Positions 1 through 9,106 of a stretch of DNA of 64,000 bases are shown in pieces. A model generated the notes under the pieces. It ran no database searches. It had not been told where the DNA came from and saw nothing but the letters and a program-made list of their open reading frames with translations. This DNA comes from a virus. A program made the position numbers and the translations under genes. The number at the start of each line of letters is the position of its first letter. Positions within the stretch are counted from its first letter, which is position 1. The DNA is taken from the IMG/VR virus record IMGVR_UViG_3300005613_004097, positions 44,515 through 108,514 of that record. One strand, 5' to 3'.

Positions 1-596
1 CATCTTTATTGAGTGGTGTTGAATTTTCAAATAAAAAATGGGTAACAGGATTAGATGAGGGTATCCAAATGCTAGAAGACTTTTTTAATGATTTCGAAAA
101 ACAAAGTTATTGGAAAATGAACCAACGAACATCAATTCACATAAATATTGGAATTGACAAAGAAGTAAAATGGAATCTTGTCAAAGGAGTTGTTATGTTA
201 AAGGATTTCAAAGATGATATACCTTTTGTTTTCAAGGGAATTGAATCAAGACAGGAAAGTTCATTCACCAGATCACTTTATGAAATAGTTGAAGAAACTT
301 TAAAAGAAACAGATTTTGAAAAGTTCAATAAAGAAGAGATAGAAGATTATCTTAACGCAAAGTTAAAACAAAGTTTTGAGATACAAGGATCAAAGTCATT
401 TGCTTTCAACTTGGAACAGATAATGAAAAATAATTATTGTGAATTCAGATATGTTGGTGGAAAAGTTAAAAAAGATGTTGTTATTGATAAATTAGTTTAT
501 TTTTGTTATATTGTTTTTCTTATGACATCTGATTGGAAGGAGAAAGATTATATAAAGAAACTTTACAAGATTTATACCCGATCAGGTATGAATTGA
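1..596 (+). CDS. Putative amidoligase-family protein, C-terminal part (probably starts before the window)
   Basis: TSIHINIG and YCEFRYVGG resemble the H-x-N and EFR motifs of phage amidoligase-like proteins; frame is open from the window edge. Confidence 0.5.
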   Translation, partial: SLLSGVEFSNKKWVTGLDEGIQMLEDFFNDFEKQSYWKMNQRTSIHINIGIDKEVKWNLVKGVVMLKDFKDDIPFVFKGIESRQESSFTRSLYEIVEETLKETDFEKFNKEEIEDYLNAKLKQSFEIQGSKSFAFNLEQIMKNNYCEFRYVGGKVKKDVVIDKLVYFCYIVFLMTSDWKEKDYIKKLYKIYTRSGMN

Positions 597-650
597 CTGA
601 ATTTTTGATTTTTATACCCTATCAGGTATATTTTCAATGAATTTTTGTTT
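571..650. repeat. Two imperfect 40-bp tandem units, each containing the palindrome ATACC-N6-GGTAT
   Basis: tttatacccgatcaggtat (571-589) and tttataccctatcaggtat (611-629); tgaatttttg also repeats at 40-bp spacing. Confidence 0.8.
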
Positions 651-681
651 TATTCAACTTTAATCCTTATATTGTTTCACT

Positions 682-1188
682 ATGAGATACATCATCACAC
701 TAATCTTAATAATCACTACTTTTCTATCCTATTCACAGACAAAACTAGATAGTTTAATTCTAAATGAAATCAACGATTACAGATTATCTAAGGGTATTGG
801 AAGAGTTGATTTTGATACAATTGCTTTTAAATGTTCTTCAGTTCAATCAAATACTATGTCAGTGAAAGGATATATTGGTCATAACAACTATGGCGAATTC
901 AAAACACTATCTGATAGATTCAAATTCTTCGGTGGTGACATAAGAAATTATAAAATAGCTGAGGTTTGTAACTTTATTTCTATAAATGCTAAAAACGATA
1001 GTGTGTATCTAAAAAAAATAGCGATAAAAGTTGTAAATTCCTGGGCAAATAGTGAAGAACATAATAAAATATTACTTGATATCAAATATAATTTTGTTGG
1101 AGTGAGTAGTAAAGCTTTCAAGAACAAAACAGGGTTGAAAAACTTCACACACTATCAGGTATATTCTACTGCGGTTTTTGTAAAATAG
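682..1188 (+). CDS. CAP/SCP-domain secreted protein
   Basis: Hydrophobic signal peptide; INDYR, GH, AE, W..SEEH..ILL and VGVS motifs typical of CAP domains. Confidence 0.8.
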   Translation: MRYIITLILIITTFLSYSQTKLDSLILNEINDYRLSKGIGRVDFDTIAFKCSSVQSNTMSVKGYIGHNNYGEFKTLSDRFKFFGGDIRNYKIAEVCNFISINAKNDSVYLKKIAIKVVNSWANSEEHNKILLDIKYNFVGVSSKAFKNKTGLKNFTHYQVYSTAVFVK

Positions 1189-1211
1189 TATGGACTTTTA
1201 ATATATACTTT

Positions 1212-1326
1212 ATGAAGTATTTAAAACGATATCAGGTTCATAACATTAATGAAACTATCATTTCTGAAAAGAATGAGGGATGTGGAAATAGTTTTTGATC
1301 CAAAAGATTACTTGAAAGAATCATAG
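1212..1326 (+). pseudogene. Internally deleted gene remnant
   Basis: Late-type motif taatatata, then MKYLKRYQVHNINE start running out of frame into a plausible C-terminus LSFLKRMRDVEIVFDPKDYLKES*. Confidence 0.5.
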
Positions 1327-1755
1327 ATATCCAACGAATGCCTTGATCTGATTCAAACCACACCTTTCAAGAGCATTTGCACGATGTATTCCATCAATTA
1401 TCGTAAGATCACTGAATCCTTCATCTTCACCGACAACAATGATAGGATAATCATTATGCTGTTTGTAATACTCAACGAAATCTTCTATCTTTCCCTCATC
1501 GAGTGAGTATTCATCAAGATCGATCTTATTGATATTGATCATTTCATATTTGAAATGATCATATTTTTCTATTCTTTCATCAAAATCAGTATCATCATAT
1601 CCTTCATCCCCGAAAATTGATTCGTGAAAACTTGACACCATCTCCATGACCTCATACTTTGGAACGATATCACCTAGCTTTCTCTTTGAATCGTCTTTCA
1701 TCCAATCAAGTTTCCATTTTGCAACCGATTCATTGAAGCTCATTATGTGTTTCAT
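1321..1755 (-). CDS. ParB/Srx-like domain protein with N-terminal MKHIMSFNES tag
   Basis: PIIV...IIDGIHRANAL motif. Confidence 0.7.
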   Translation of the reverse strand: MKHIMSFNESVAKWKLDWMKDDSKRKLGDIVPKYEVMEMVSSFHESIFGDEGYDDTDFDERIEKYDHFKYEMININKIDLDEYSLDEGKIEDFVEYYKQHNDYPIIVVGEDEGFSDLTIIDGIHRANALERCGLNQIKAFVGYL

Positions 1756-2285
1756 ATCTTATTTTTTATTTTTTCTCCATTTGTCTTTGAGTAAACAAAT
1801 TCAGTAGGTTTCACTTGAATTGAAACACCTTTGAGTAGTTCAATGTATTTATCCGAAGTTCCTGGTAAAAGGTAAGCAATTGTGCAGTGTGGGTGGTAAT
1901 CGGGGAAATCAGTTGTGTGTGGTAATTTTCTCAATTTTTCATTTGATTCATATAGCCAATCTGACTTTACATCAAATTTCAGAACATCATACATTTCATT
2001 TGAGAATTTAGATATATTGTGTAGTGTGATCTCTGTGATATCGCTATCAGGTATCTGATTTTCTATAACCTCATCGTCATTTACATCTGAGTGCAATCCG
2101 AAAAGTAGTGTGACATGTGGTTCAGTTTCAAGTCCGTATGTTGGGTCATTCGGATCCTCATAGATATCTTTCTCGTCAATTACTTTGTGTATAACTTCAC
2201 TGAACGGTAGTTCAAAATATATCATGGAACATCCATACTCATTCTTGTGACTTTCATTTATTTCTCGGAACTTCATTATCTTCAT
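1752..2285 (-). CDS. 2H phosphoesterase, T4 gp57B/Acb1-like (candidate anti-CBASS nuclease)
   Basis: Two HxT motifs (EPHVTLLFGLH, YHPHCTIAY) in an Acb1-like context. Confidence 0.75.
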   Translation of the reverse strand: MKIMKFREINESHKNEYGCSMIYFELPFSEVIHKVIDEKDIYEDPNDPTYGLETEPHVTLLFGLHSDVNDDEVIENQIPDSDITEITLHNISKFSNEMYDVLKFDVKSDWLYESNEKLRKLPHTTDFPDYHPHCTIAYLLPGTSDKYIELLKGVSIQVKPTEFVYSKTNGEKIKNKI

Positions 2286-2319
2286 ATCTATTATATATTA
2301 TTTTCATATATTTGTGATC

Positions 2320-2655
2320 ATGAAATTCTTGATTTTCATTTCTGTTGTTATTTTCACACTCATAATCAGAGAAATGGTGATCCAGTTCATTGCACATTAC
2401 AAAGATTATAAAGAACATAAGAAAAAGCTTTCCGATTTCAATCTATTCATCGAGAAATACACGGAATATGCAAAATCCATAAAAGATCCATATACTAGCA
2501 CATTGATGTTACAGGACATGTCACAGTTGATCGTCAAGTTCGATTATGATCAAATAGATGAGATGGCTGAGATATTGGATAAAAAGTATCAGAATTATGT
2601 TCCTGATTTGAAAAAAAATATAAGAAAGAAAAAACTAAATCAGATTTTTCAATAA
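2320..2655 (+). CDS. Hypothetical protein with N-terminal TM helix
   Basis: ATG 5 nt after TATATTTG; C-terminal IRKKKLNQIF motif. Confidence 0.65.
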   Translation: MKFLIFISVVIFTLIIREMVIQFIAHYKDYKEHKKKLSDFNLFIEKYTEYAKSIKDPYTSTLMLQDMSQLIVKFDYDQIDEMAEILDKKYQNYVPDLKKNIRKKKLNQIFQ

Positions 2656-2684
2656 AAATTATATGGGATTATATGTGTTGGTGT

Positions 2685-3152
2685 TCAGATAACCTTTTTC
2701 AATCTTGTTATCAATTTTCTCATTTTAGGTTCCATTTTAGAGTATGCCTGATCAAGAGTGAAGAATTTTGATTTTTCAATTTCTTTTCTATCAAAGTTCT
2801 TTTTCTTGATATTCCATCCATCTAACAGATTTTCAATATCTGATTTCTCAACTCTTATAATGTAAGCTTTAAGATTTTTTTCGAATCCTCCTTTTTTATA
2901 TTTCAATTCAATCAAATCTTTTGGTTCTTTGCTGCTTAGAGTAATGCCGGTCTCTTCTTTGAGCTCTTTAAGAGCTGATCGGTAAGTATCTCCTTCGATG
3001 TGTCCTTTTGGTATTGACCAACGATTTCTGAATTTTCTGAACTTTCTTGGATTCACTAAGAGTATTCTATCCTCACACAGTAGGATGATGCCCGAAAGAT
3101 CATGCACTTTCTTCCTTTTCGATTCAAAATATCTCAAATATCTCATATTCAT
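2685..3152 (-). CDS. NUDIX hydrolase
   Basis: WSIPKGHIEG...ALKELKEETGI Nudix box. Confidence 0.9.
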   Translation of the reverse strand: MNMRYLRYFESKRKKVHDLSGIILLCEDRILLVNPRKFRKFRNRWSIPKGHIEGDTYRSALKELKEETGITLSSKEPKDLIELKYKKGGFEKNLKAYIIRVEKSDIENLLDGWNIKKKNFDRKEIEKSKFFTLDQAYSKMEPKMRKLITRLKKVI

Positions 3153-3180
3153 ATATATTAAAAATAATATATAACATATT

Positions 3181-4623
3181 ATGAAGAAACTTTTAAATTA
3201 TTTCCAATTCATATCTGAGAGAAAATCAGACGATTCAAAGGTCAATTTAGAACAGGATCAGATCGAGGATATATTTCAAATGCTCCAAGATGATGATTAC
3301 GAAGTAAGTTTAGAAGAACATCATATAAGTAAATCAGATGTTGATGAGATAGTCAGGGATGGTGAGTTGGACGCAGATGCTGGTGAAAGAATATTCACTG
3401 ACAGAGATTATTATGATGTATATTCAATAAATATCAGATCAGGCAAATTTGACAATATAGAATCAGACATAACGGATGAATATACCATTGCAATGGATGT
3501 TATCAAGTCGATGGGATTCACTGTACTGGATCCACAAGGTGTGGATAAGGATCCACAATTGGAAATGTTCAAGAATCTGTCAGAAAGATGGTCATACAAA
3601 GATGTGTATCTGATAGATGGAAAGATTCACCTTTTCAAAGCAGTTACCGGAAGATCAATACAAGAAGTTTTGGATTCAGAAGTTGAAAAAGGCGAGATGC
3701 TTGATGCAGATGTTCAGGATATCACTATTTATATTTCTGATATGAAACCTCATAGATGGACATCAAAGGAACTTGCAGAAGAATTCAATTGGCATTATGA
3801 TGGTGTTATCGAGGAGATGCAATATAACGGTAAACCCCTAAAAGATGTGATATATTTCGATATTAACCGGGAAGATCTAAGTGATATTGTAATGAGTAGT
3901 AATTCATGGGGTAAAGAATATCTTGAATGGGATGGTTTGGATAAATTATATGACAATCATCTTGATAATGATTATATGCCGGATATCAGGTCAATGTTCT
4001 TGTATTCTCTTGATGATGAGAATGCAAAAATGTTGGTTAAATGTGTCATAATGGAACATGGTGGTCCAAAAGAATTGATAGAAGAATATGATATTGATAC
4101 TGAAGCTGAGACAATGGATGAGCTAATAGAATTCCTTCTTGGTGAGAGATATTATGAGAATTTAGAATCAATAGATTCTGAGATAATAGATGAGATAGGA
4201 AGAATCATAGAGGGTCACGAGAGGAATGCCCATGTAAATGAAATATATCAAGAAATTGAAAATGAATTTGATAAACTTTTGGATTCACAGGGTGTTGAAT
4301 ATATTAAAAAATTCAGAGCAACTGATACACACATATCTTACACAAGAACCTATGATGGTAAATCAAAAAGACAGGAAATAGAATATGAAACATGGATGTA
4401 TCGGATAATATATGAGGATAGGTATTTTGACGATTCACATAGTAGTATGAAAGATATGGAAGGTTGGTCACTCAGTGAGATATTCAATGAATATTACAGT
4501 GATAATTATCTAAGTGGGGATATATCCATTCGTGATGTTTATGGTGGTGATGTCGATAAAAAGGAAATGAACAGTGTGATCAGAGCTGAGTTAATTTCAT
4601 ATATCGAAAGAAATTCAAAGTGA
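3181..4623 (+). CDS. Acidic hypothetical protein, candidate internal virion protein
   Basis: 480-aa ORF; upstream aatatata; N-terminus MKKLLNYFQFISE. Confidence 0.7.
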   Translation: MKKLLNYFQFISERKSDDSKVNLEQDQIEDIFQMLQDDDYEVSLEEHHISKSDVDEIVRDGELDADAGERIFTDRDYYDVYSINIRSGKFDNIESDITDEYTIAMDVIKSMGFTVLDPQGVDKDPQLEMFKNLSERWSYKDVYLIDGKIHLFKAVTGRSIQEVLDSEVEKGEMLDADVQDITIYISDMKPHRWTSKELAEEFNWHYDGVIEEMQYNGKPLKDVIYFDINREDLSDIVMSSNSWGKEYLEWDGLDKLYDNHLDNDYMPDIRSMFLYSLDDENAKMLVKCVIMEHGGPKELIEEYDIDTEAETMDELIEFLLGERYYENLESIDSEIIDEIGRIIEGHERNAHVNEIYQEIENEFDKLLDSQGVEYIKKFRATDTHISYTRTYDGKSKRQEIEYETWMYRIIYEDRYFDDSHSSMKDMEGWSLSEIFNEYYSDNYLSGDISIRDVYGGDVDKKEMNSVIRAELISYIERNSK

Positions 4624-4797
4624 TAGTCTTGCAGCTTCGTATTGTTTATCGGTTAGAACTTTATAACTTTTGTTTCCAACCGTGACCTTCTCACACCATT
4701 TTGATCTGAGTTGTTTCTGTAAAGAAAGTAAAAACTGGTTGTCACCATCATACTTTCTCAATTGTTTGTTCAGTTCGAGTTTTTCGTTTATTTCCAT
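4615..4797 (-). CDS. Hypothetical protein
   Basis: ORF tightly packed behind the upstream gene. Confidence 0.6.
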   Translation of the reverse strand: MEINEKLELNKQLRKYDGDNQFLLSLQKQLRSKWCEKVTVGNKSYKVLTDKQYEAARLSL

Positions 4798-4799
4798 TT

Positions 4800-5306
4800 T
4801 TAAACCTTTTTAAATCGTAGTGAATAATATTTGAATAGTCTGTCAAAATCTTTATCGATGTACATGTCATATACTGTGGTGTCATCGAATTGCTTTAAAA
4901 GACCAGTGTTATATCCAGTTCTTTCATATCCATTTTCTAGAAATAACTTATAAACAAGGTTCCATGCGACCGAGTCGAATTTTTTCTTTTTAAATTTCAA
5001 CTTATCCTGATCAGTTGTTGGAATTTCTACTTTCCAACTGAGTAAAATGTCATCGAATGCATCATATCCATTATCACGACCATCAAAATATGCTGTATCT
5101 GGTACATTGTTCTCTTTCATGAATGAAACAAGATCCATAGGATTTACATCCATTATACTGATACTCTTTGTGGTTTTTTTGGTTTTTGGAATCTGTCGCT
5201 GAAGTTTTTCGAATCCTAAGTCAAGTGCCTGTTCAATGAGTTCAACCATGTTACTGGGATTATTGTTCTCAGTGATGAAATCATTTATATGTTTGATGTG
5301 CGCCAT
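4800..5306 (-). CDS. Hypothetical protein with N-terminal tag (MAHIKHINDFITE)
   Basis: ORF and tag motif. Confidence 0.7.
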   Translation of the reverse strand: MAHIKHINDFITENNNPSNMVELIEQALDLGFEKLQRQIPKTKKTTKSISIMDVNPMDLVSFMKENNVPDTAYFDGRDNGYDAFDDILLSWKVEIPTTDQDKLKFKKKKFDSVAWNLVYKLFLENGYERTGYNTGLLKQFDDTTVYDMYIDKDFDRLFKYYSLRFKKV

Positions 5307-5331
5307 GTTGATATGATTTTTAAAGTATATA

Positions 5332-5793
5332 CTAAATTTTCATATTGATAACATCTGATAAATATTCACCTTCTTCAAGTTCTATTTTATTGCAATTTTC
5401 CTGTTCTTGTAATTGGTCTATCCACATATTCCAGTTTGTTTCTAACAATTTTACAAATTGCTCGTTGTTTCCTCGATCGACATACCTTTTGATATACTCA
5501 TCCTTTATACTTCTTTTTGGATAAATCAAGGTAAAATCTATATTGTTCTCAACAAGCGCATCTCTTACTTCCTTATGTGAGGATACTAAAATGATATCAA
5601 CCTTACCAACATTCTCCTTTATGTGTTCAATATAATTTCTAGGAAAATCAGATTTGTCAAATTTACTTGAATCTGAATCTAATATCACTTTGTTGCTTTG
5701 GTTTCGATACAGGTGTGATTTACCACATCCAGGAAATGCTGATATTACTAAGGTTTGTTTCATATTATGTTCATTGAATTTCTTTATTTTCAT
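5332..5793 (-). CDS. Small P-loop kinase-like protein
   Basis: Walker A AFPGCGKS followed by DSDSS. Confidence 0.75.
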   Translation of the reverse strand: MKIKKFNEHNMKQTLVISAFPGCGKSHLYRNQSNKVILDSDSSKFDKSDFPRNYIEHIKENVGKVDIILVSSHKEVRDALVENNIDFTLIYPKRSIKDEYIKRYVDRGNNEQFVKLLETNWNMWIDQLQEQENCNKIELEEGEYLSDVINMKI

Positions 5794-6976
5794 TTTTCAG
5801 TATATATTTTCTTGTTCCACAATTCCATGTGTTGTATTGTCCAGATTCAACTATCACAGGTGATGTTGAATCTATCAGACAAGATCCTTCTACCAATCTA
5901 TCATCATACCAATCCAGTTCAATTGTCAGGATATTGTCTTTGATATCAAAATCATCAATATCAATTATATCGTTTACCAGATTGAAAAGTTTTCTTTTAA
6001 TAATGTCCTTTTGTGTGTTCCATTCAAATTCTCTTATCTGTAAGAGTTTGTATCCTTTTTCAAGACACATGTTTGTCTTGTTCAAGTGATAATTCATATC
6101 ATCATTCACTTTTGTGGAATGCCAATAATCACCATTGAATTCAATACATATTTTCATATCAGGTAATACAATGTCGATCTCATATGGGGATATCAACTTT
6201 CTGTCACTTCGATGTATCATACCATCATAAATTGAGCTGATATACTCATAAACTTCCTGCTCTCCCTGTGATCCGATATATTCATTACATAGGTTGCAAG
6301 GTTCTATATTATCCTTTTTTCTATTTGATAAAGTATATTTACTTATTTCGAAAGTGTGATTTGATTTACATTTTATAGTATAATAAAGTCCATTAACAGA
6401 TATTAATTTGTATTTTTCTGGCAAACCTTTCTGGATTTTGATAAATCCTCTTTCAGCATCTGATATTGTTTTTGACCTTATCTTATCCAATGATATAGGT
6501 TCTTTGACGCCCCACTTTTTCAAGTTATTTTTTTGTCTCTTTTCGATGATCTCTTTAGATTTAGTAGAGTTATCCACGCCATATTTTTCCAATAGTGTCT
6601 TTTTCGACTTCTCTTTCATGATATTGGTCTGTGTAATATACTCAACACCATATTTTTTCAAACATGTATCTCTTTTTTTCTTTTCACGAACAACATTCTG
6701 ACACGATTTTGATCCACATGTTGGTCTATATCCATAACAATGATATTTTCGTTTCTTACCGCATACACACTTTGGTATATCCTTGATTCTTTCTTTGAAA
6801 TGGTAGAGTAGTATCATTGGAGTTTCATTTAGTCCTGTTTCAGACTTTAAAAAATCCAATAGATATCCGTTATTCTTAATGTGATACGATATCTGATTGT
6901 TGTTTGAACATTCTTTCAAAAGAATATCAATATCCGAAACAGGATCACCAGTCAATTTAATAGTTGATTTTGCCAT
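5771..6976 (-). CDS. Free-standing homing-type endonuclease (KKYGV repeats, C-terminal Vsr/PD-(D/E)xK-like domain)
   Basis: CxC/CxxC motifs, repeated KKYGVE/EKYGVD/KKWGVK, EIDIVLP...IEFNGDYWHS. Confidence 0.75.
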   Translation of the reverse strand: MAKSTIKLTGDPVSDIDILLKECSNNNQISYHIKNNGYLLDFLKSETGLNETPMILLYHFKERIKDIPKCVCGKKRKYHCYGYRPTCGSKSCQNVVREKKKRDTCLKKYGVEYITQTNIMKEKSKKTLLEKYGVDNSTKSKEIIEKRQKNNLKKWGVKEPISLDKIRSKTISDAERGFIKIQKGLPEKYKLISVNGLYYTIKCKSNHTFEISKYTLSNRKKDNIEPCNLCNEYIGSQGEQEVYEYISSIYDGMIHRSDRKLISPYEIDIVLPDMKICIEFNGDYWHSTKVNDDMNYHLNKTNMCLEKGYKLLQIREFEWNTQKDIIKRKLFNLVNDIIDIDDFDIKDNILTIELDWYDDRLVEGSCLIDSTSPVIVESGQYNTWNCGTRKYILKNENKEIQ

Positions 6977-7024
6977 AAACTATATATTAAAAGATGAAAC
7001 CTCCGTTTCGGATATGAACATTGA

Positions 7025-7630
7025 TTAAGCATACATCTCTTCGAGAACATCAAATTCCTTCTCGGTTTCGGATATTAGCTTCAATCTTCCGTTTCTTATC
7101 TGACTTTTGATAGTGCTGAGATTTTTCCCTAATTTCGATGCAATATCCTTGTATGCCATTCCATTGAGTTCTCTCATAACAATAACTGTTTTGAAAGGTT
7201 CTTTGAGTTGATCGATATGTTTTTTCATGATGCTGGCTTTTTTCTGCCACATTTCATCAAGTAGGATATCATCAGAAATGTCATCTTGTATGAAATCTTT
7301 CATTGTTGTGCCATCTTCATCAACCGTTACATCCATTGATATCGTCTTGTTGTCATTTTTAATATCCTGTAGTGTGAGGTTTCTAGCTATTGTGAATAAC
7401 CATGTAGAGAATTGTGCTTTGTCTTTTTCGTATTTTTCAATCTTATTGAATGCTATCAGGAATGATTCTGTTGCTAGATCCTCAGCTCTTGGTTGGTCAT
7501 TACAAAGTTTTTGAATGTAATATATCAGTTTGGGTAGATATTTATCGTAGTAGAATTGAAAGTTGTTACCTGTTCTTTCGATAAAAAGTTTTTCTTGTTC
7601 GTTGAAATTGATCTTTACTGCTTTTTCCAT
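7025..7630 (-). CDS. RNA polymerase sigma-70 factor, ECF/RpoE-like
   Basis: AEDLATESF, FSTWLFTIARN (region 2); YKDIASKLG...STIKSQIRNGR (region 4 HTH). Confidence 0.92.
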   Translation of the reverse strand: MEKAVKINFNEQEKLFIERTGNNFQFYYDKYLPKLIYYIQKLCNDQPRAEDLATESFLIAFNKIEKYEKDKAQFSTWLFTIARNLTLQDIKNDNKTISMDVTVDEDGTTMKDFIQDDISDDILLDEMWQKKASIMKKHIDQLKEPFKTVIVMRELNGMAYKDIASKLGKNLSTIKSQIRNGRLKLISETEKEFDVLEEMYA

Positions 7631-7743
7631 GCCGTTTAATTATTTTTTTATTGCCTTTTTTGCCGTTTATTGTACCATAATGATACATATATTATATATC
7701 ATATCAGATACTTTGTTTAGTTTATTTAAATAAAAAGTTTAAA

Positions 7744-8037
7744 TTATTTCTGTAACCACTTGTCTATCAACTCATTGCCTTTCATGAGTAGTGTGAAAAG
7801 GTTTGGTTCGCCTGTTACTTCGATATGATCGTAGTATTTGAAATCCTTGAATTTTTCACTGTCTGATACCATCATTTGTATGTACCACTGATCATTTGAT
7901 ATGGATTTTGCTTTGAATATCATTATTTCCTTATTGTTGATAATTCCCTTTATTTTTCTGGATAGATCATATGGTTTCATTCCATGTGGATTGAAGTGAT
8001 CGATGTTGAATATTATATCGAAAAATCTTTTAAACAT
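7744..8037 (-). CDS. Hypothetical protein
   Basis: ORF with upstream tatata motif. Confidence 0.6.
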   Translation of the reverse strand: MFKRFFDIIFNIDHFNPHGMKPYDLSRKIKGIINNKEIMIFKAKSISNDQWYIQMMVSDSEKFKDFKYYDHIEVTGEPNLFTLLMKGNELIDKWLQK

Positions 8038-8068
8038 GTCGTTATATATAAAATGAATCGTGTTCCTC

Positions 8069-8371
8069 TTATTTATCGATCACTTTTCTGATCCAAACCT
8101 CGTTCTTTCTCATTATCTCATTTTCGATATCATCGATCGAAAAACCGAATCTTGATGCAACCAATAAGAGGTTTTGAAAGGTATCTGCCATTTCTTCGAG
8201 TATATTGTCTCTTACTTGGCTTTCAGTTTCGTTATGTGTTTTCATACCGATCGATTTATTGACCTCTCGTGCGAATTCACCCACTTCTTCATGGAATTTA
8301 CACATTGCCTTTTCAAGTGATTTATAATCCATTTGGTCAATTCTTTTAATGTCTTCGAGTGCTTTTTTCAT
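8069..8371 (-). CDS. MazG-like NTP pyrophosphohydrolase
   Basis: EEVGEF...EEMADT acidic motifs. Confidence 0.85.
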   Translation of the reverse strand: MKKALEDIKRIDQMDYKSLEKAMCKFHEEVGEFAREVNKSIGMKTHNETESQVRDNILEEMADTFQNLLLVASRFGFSIDDIENEIMRKNEVWIRKVIDK

Positions 8372-8429
8372 AGTATGTGATTTTTTGTTTATATCTCTGT
8401 TATTGCTTTATAATATTCTTCTATTTTGT

Positions 8430-8657
8430 TCATTTTAATATTTCATTTATTTTTATCCTTCTATTTTCTTTTATCCAATTGTTTCTTTTATCCTCCAATA
8501 ACAGGAAAATATATCGGTCAAATCCTTTGCCATAATGGCCTGAGAATTGATACGATTTATAGACCGCCTCTGATGACCTACATTTTTCCAAAAATCTTAC
8601 ATTAGGGTTTTCAATGTTACCATCATATTCAATTAGTATGTGAACAAACTCATTCAT
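8430..8657 (-). CDS. Hypothetical protein
   Basis: ORF ending NRRIKINEILK. Confidence 0.6.
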   Translation of the reverse strand: MNEFVHILIEYDGNIENPNVRFLEKCRSSEAVYKSYQFSGHYGKGFDRYIFLLLEDKRNNWIKENRRIKINEILK

Positions 8658-9021
8658 GTAATATTTTGTTTAATCTATATCTTCTTATGACATCTTTATT
8701 GTTCGTAAATACTCTATATTTTGATTCTCCAATAATTCTACCATCTTTTAGATTTAAATGTTCATGATTATAAGATCCTCTTATTCCTTTAAGAGGTGTT
8801 ATAACTTGCCATCCTGTGAAAGCATATCCGAATATGGTTCCCTTTCCAACATAGGAATCATATTCATCTATTTGAAATTGATAACCACCACCATTTTTAT
8901 AGTATTCTCCATCGGGTAAGATTATTCTATCAAACTCAACATATCCATTTGATATCAATTCATTTACCAATTCTTCTTCAAACTTTGTCTCTTTCATCAA
9001 TTTTTTGATTTCTTTTTTCAA
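8650..9021 (-). CDS. Hypothetical protein
   Basis: ORF ending IRRYRLNKILHE. Confidence 0.6.
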   Translation of the reverse strand: MKKEIKKLMKETKFEEELVNELISNGYVEFDRIILPDGEYYKNGGGYQFQIDEYDSYVGKGTIFGYAFTGWQVITPLKGIRGSYNHEHLNLKDGRIIGESKYRVFTNNKDVIRRYRLNKILHE

Positions 9022-9106
9022 CGATTCACCAACTTACCATTATAACGTATGGGAACAAGTTTAAACTCTTCAAAATTTTTTAATTGAACTACCTTTGGTT
9101 TATAAC

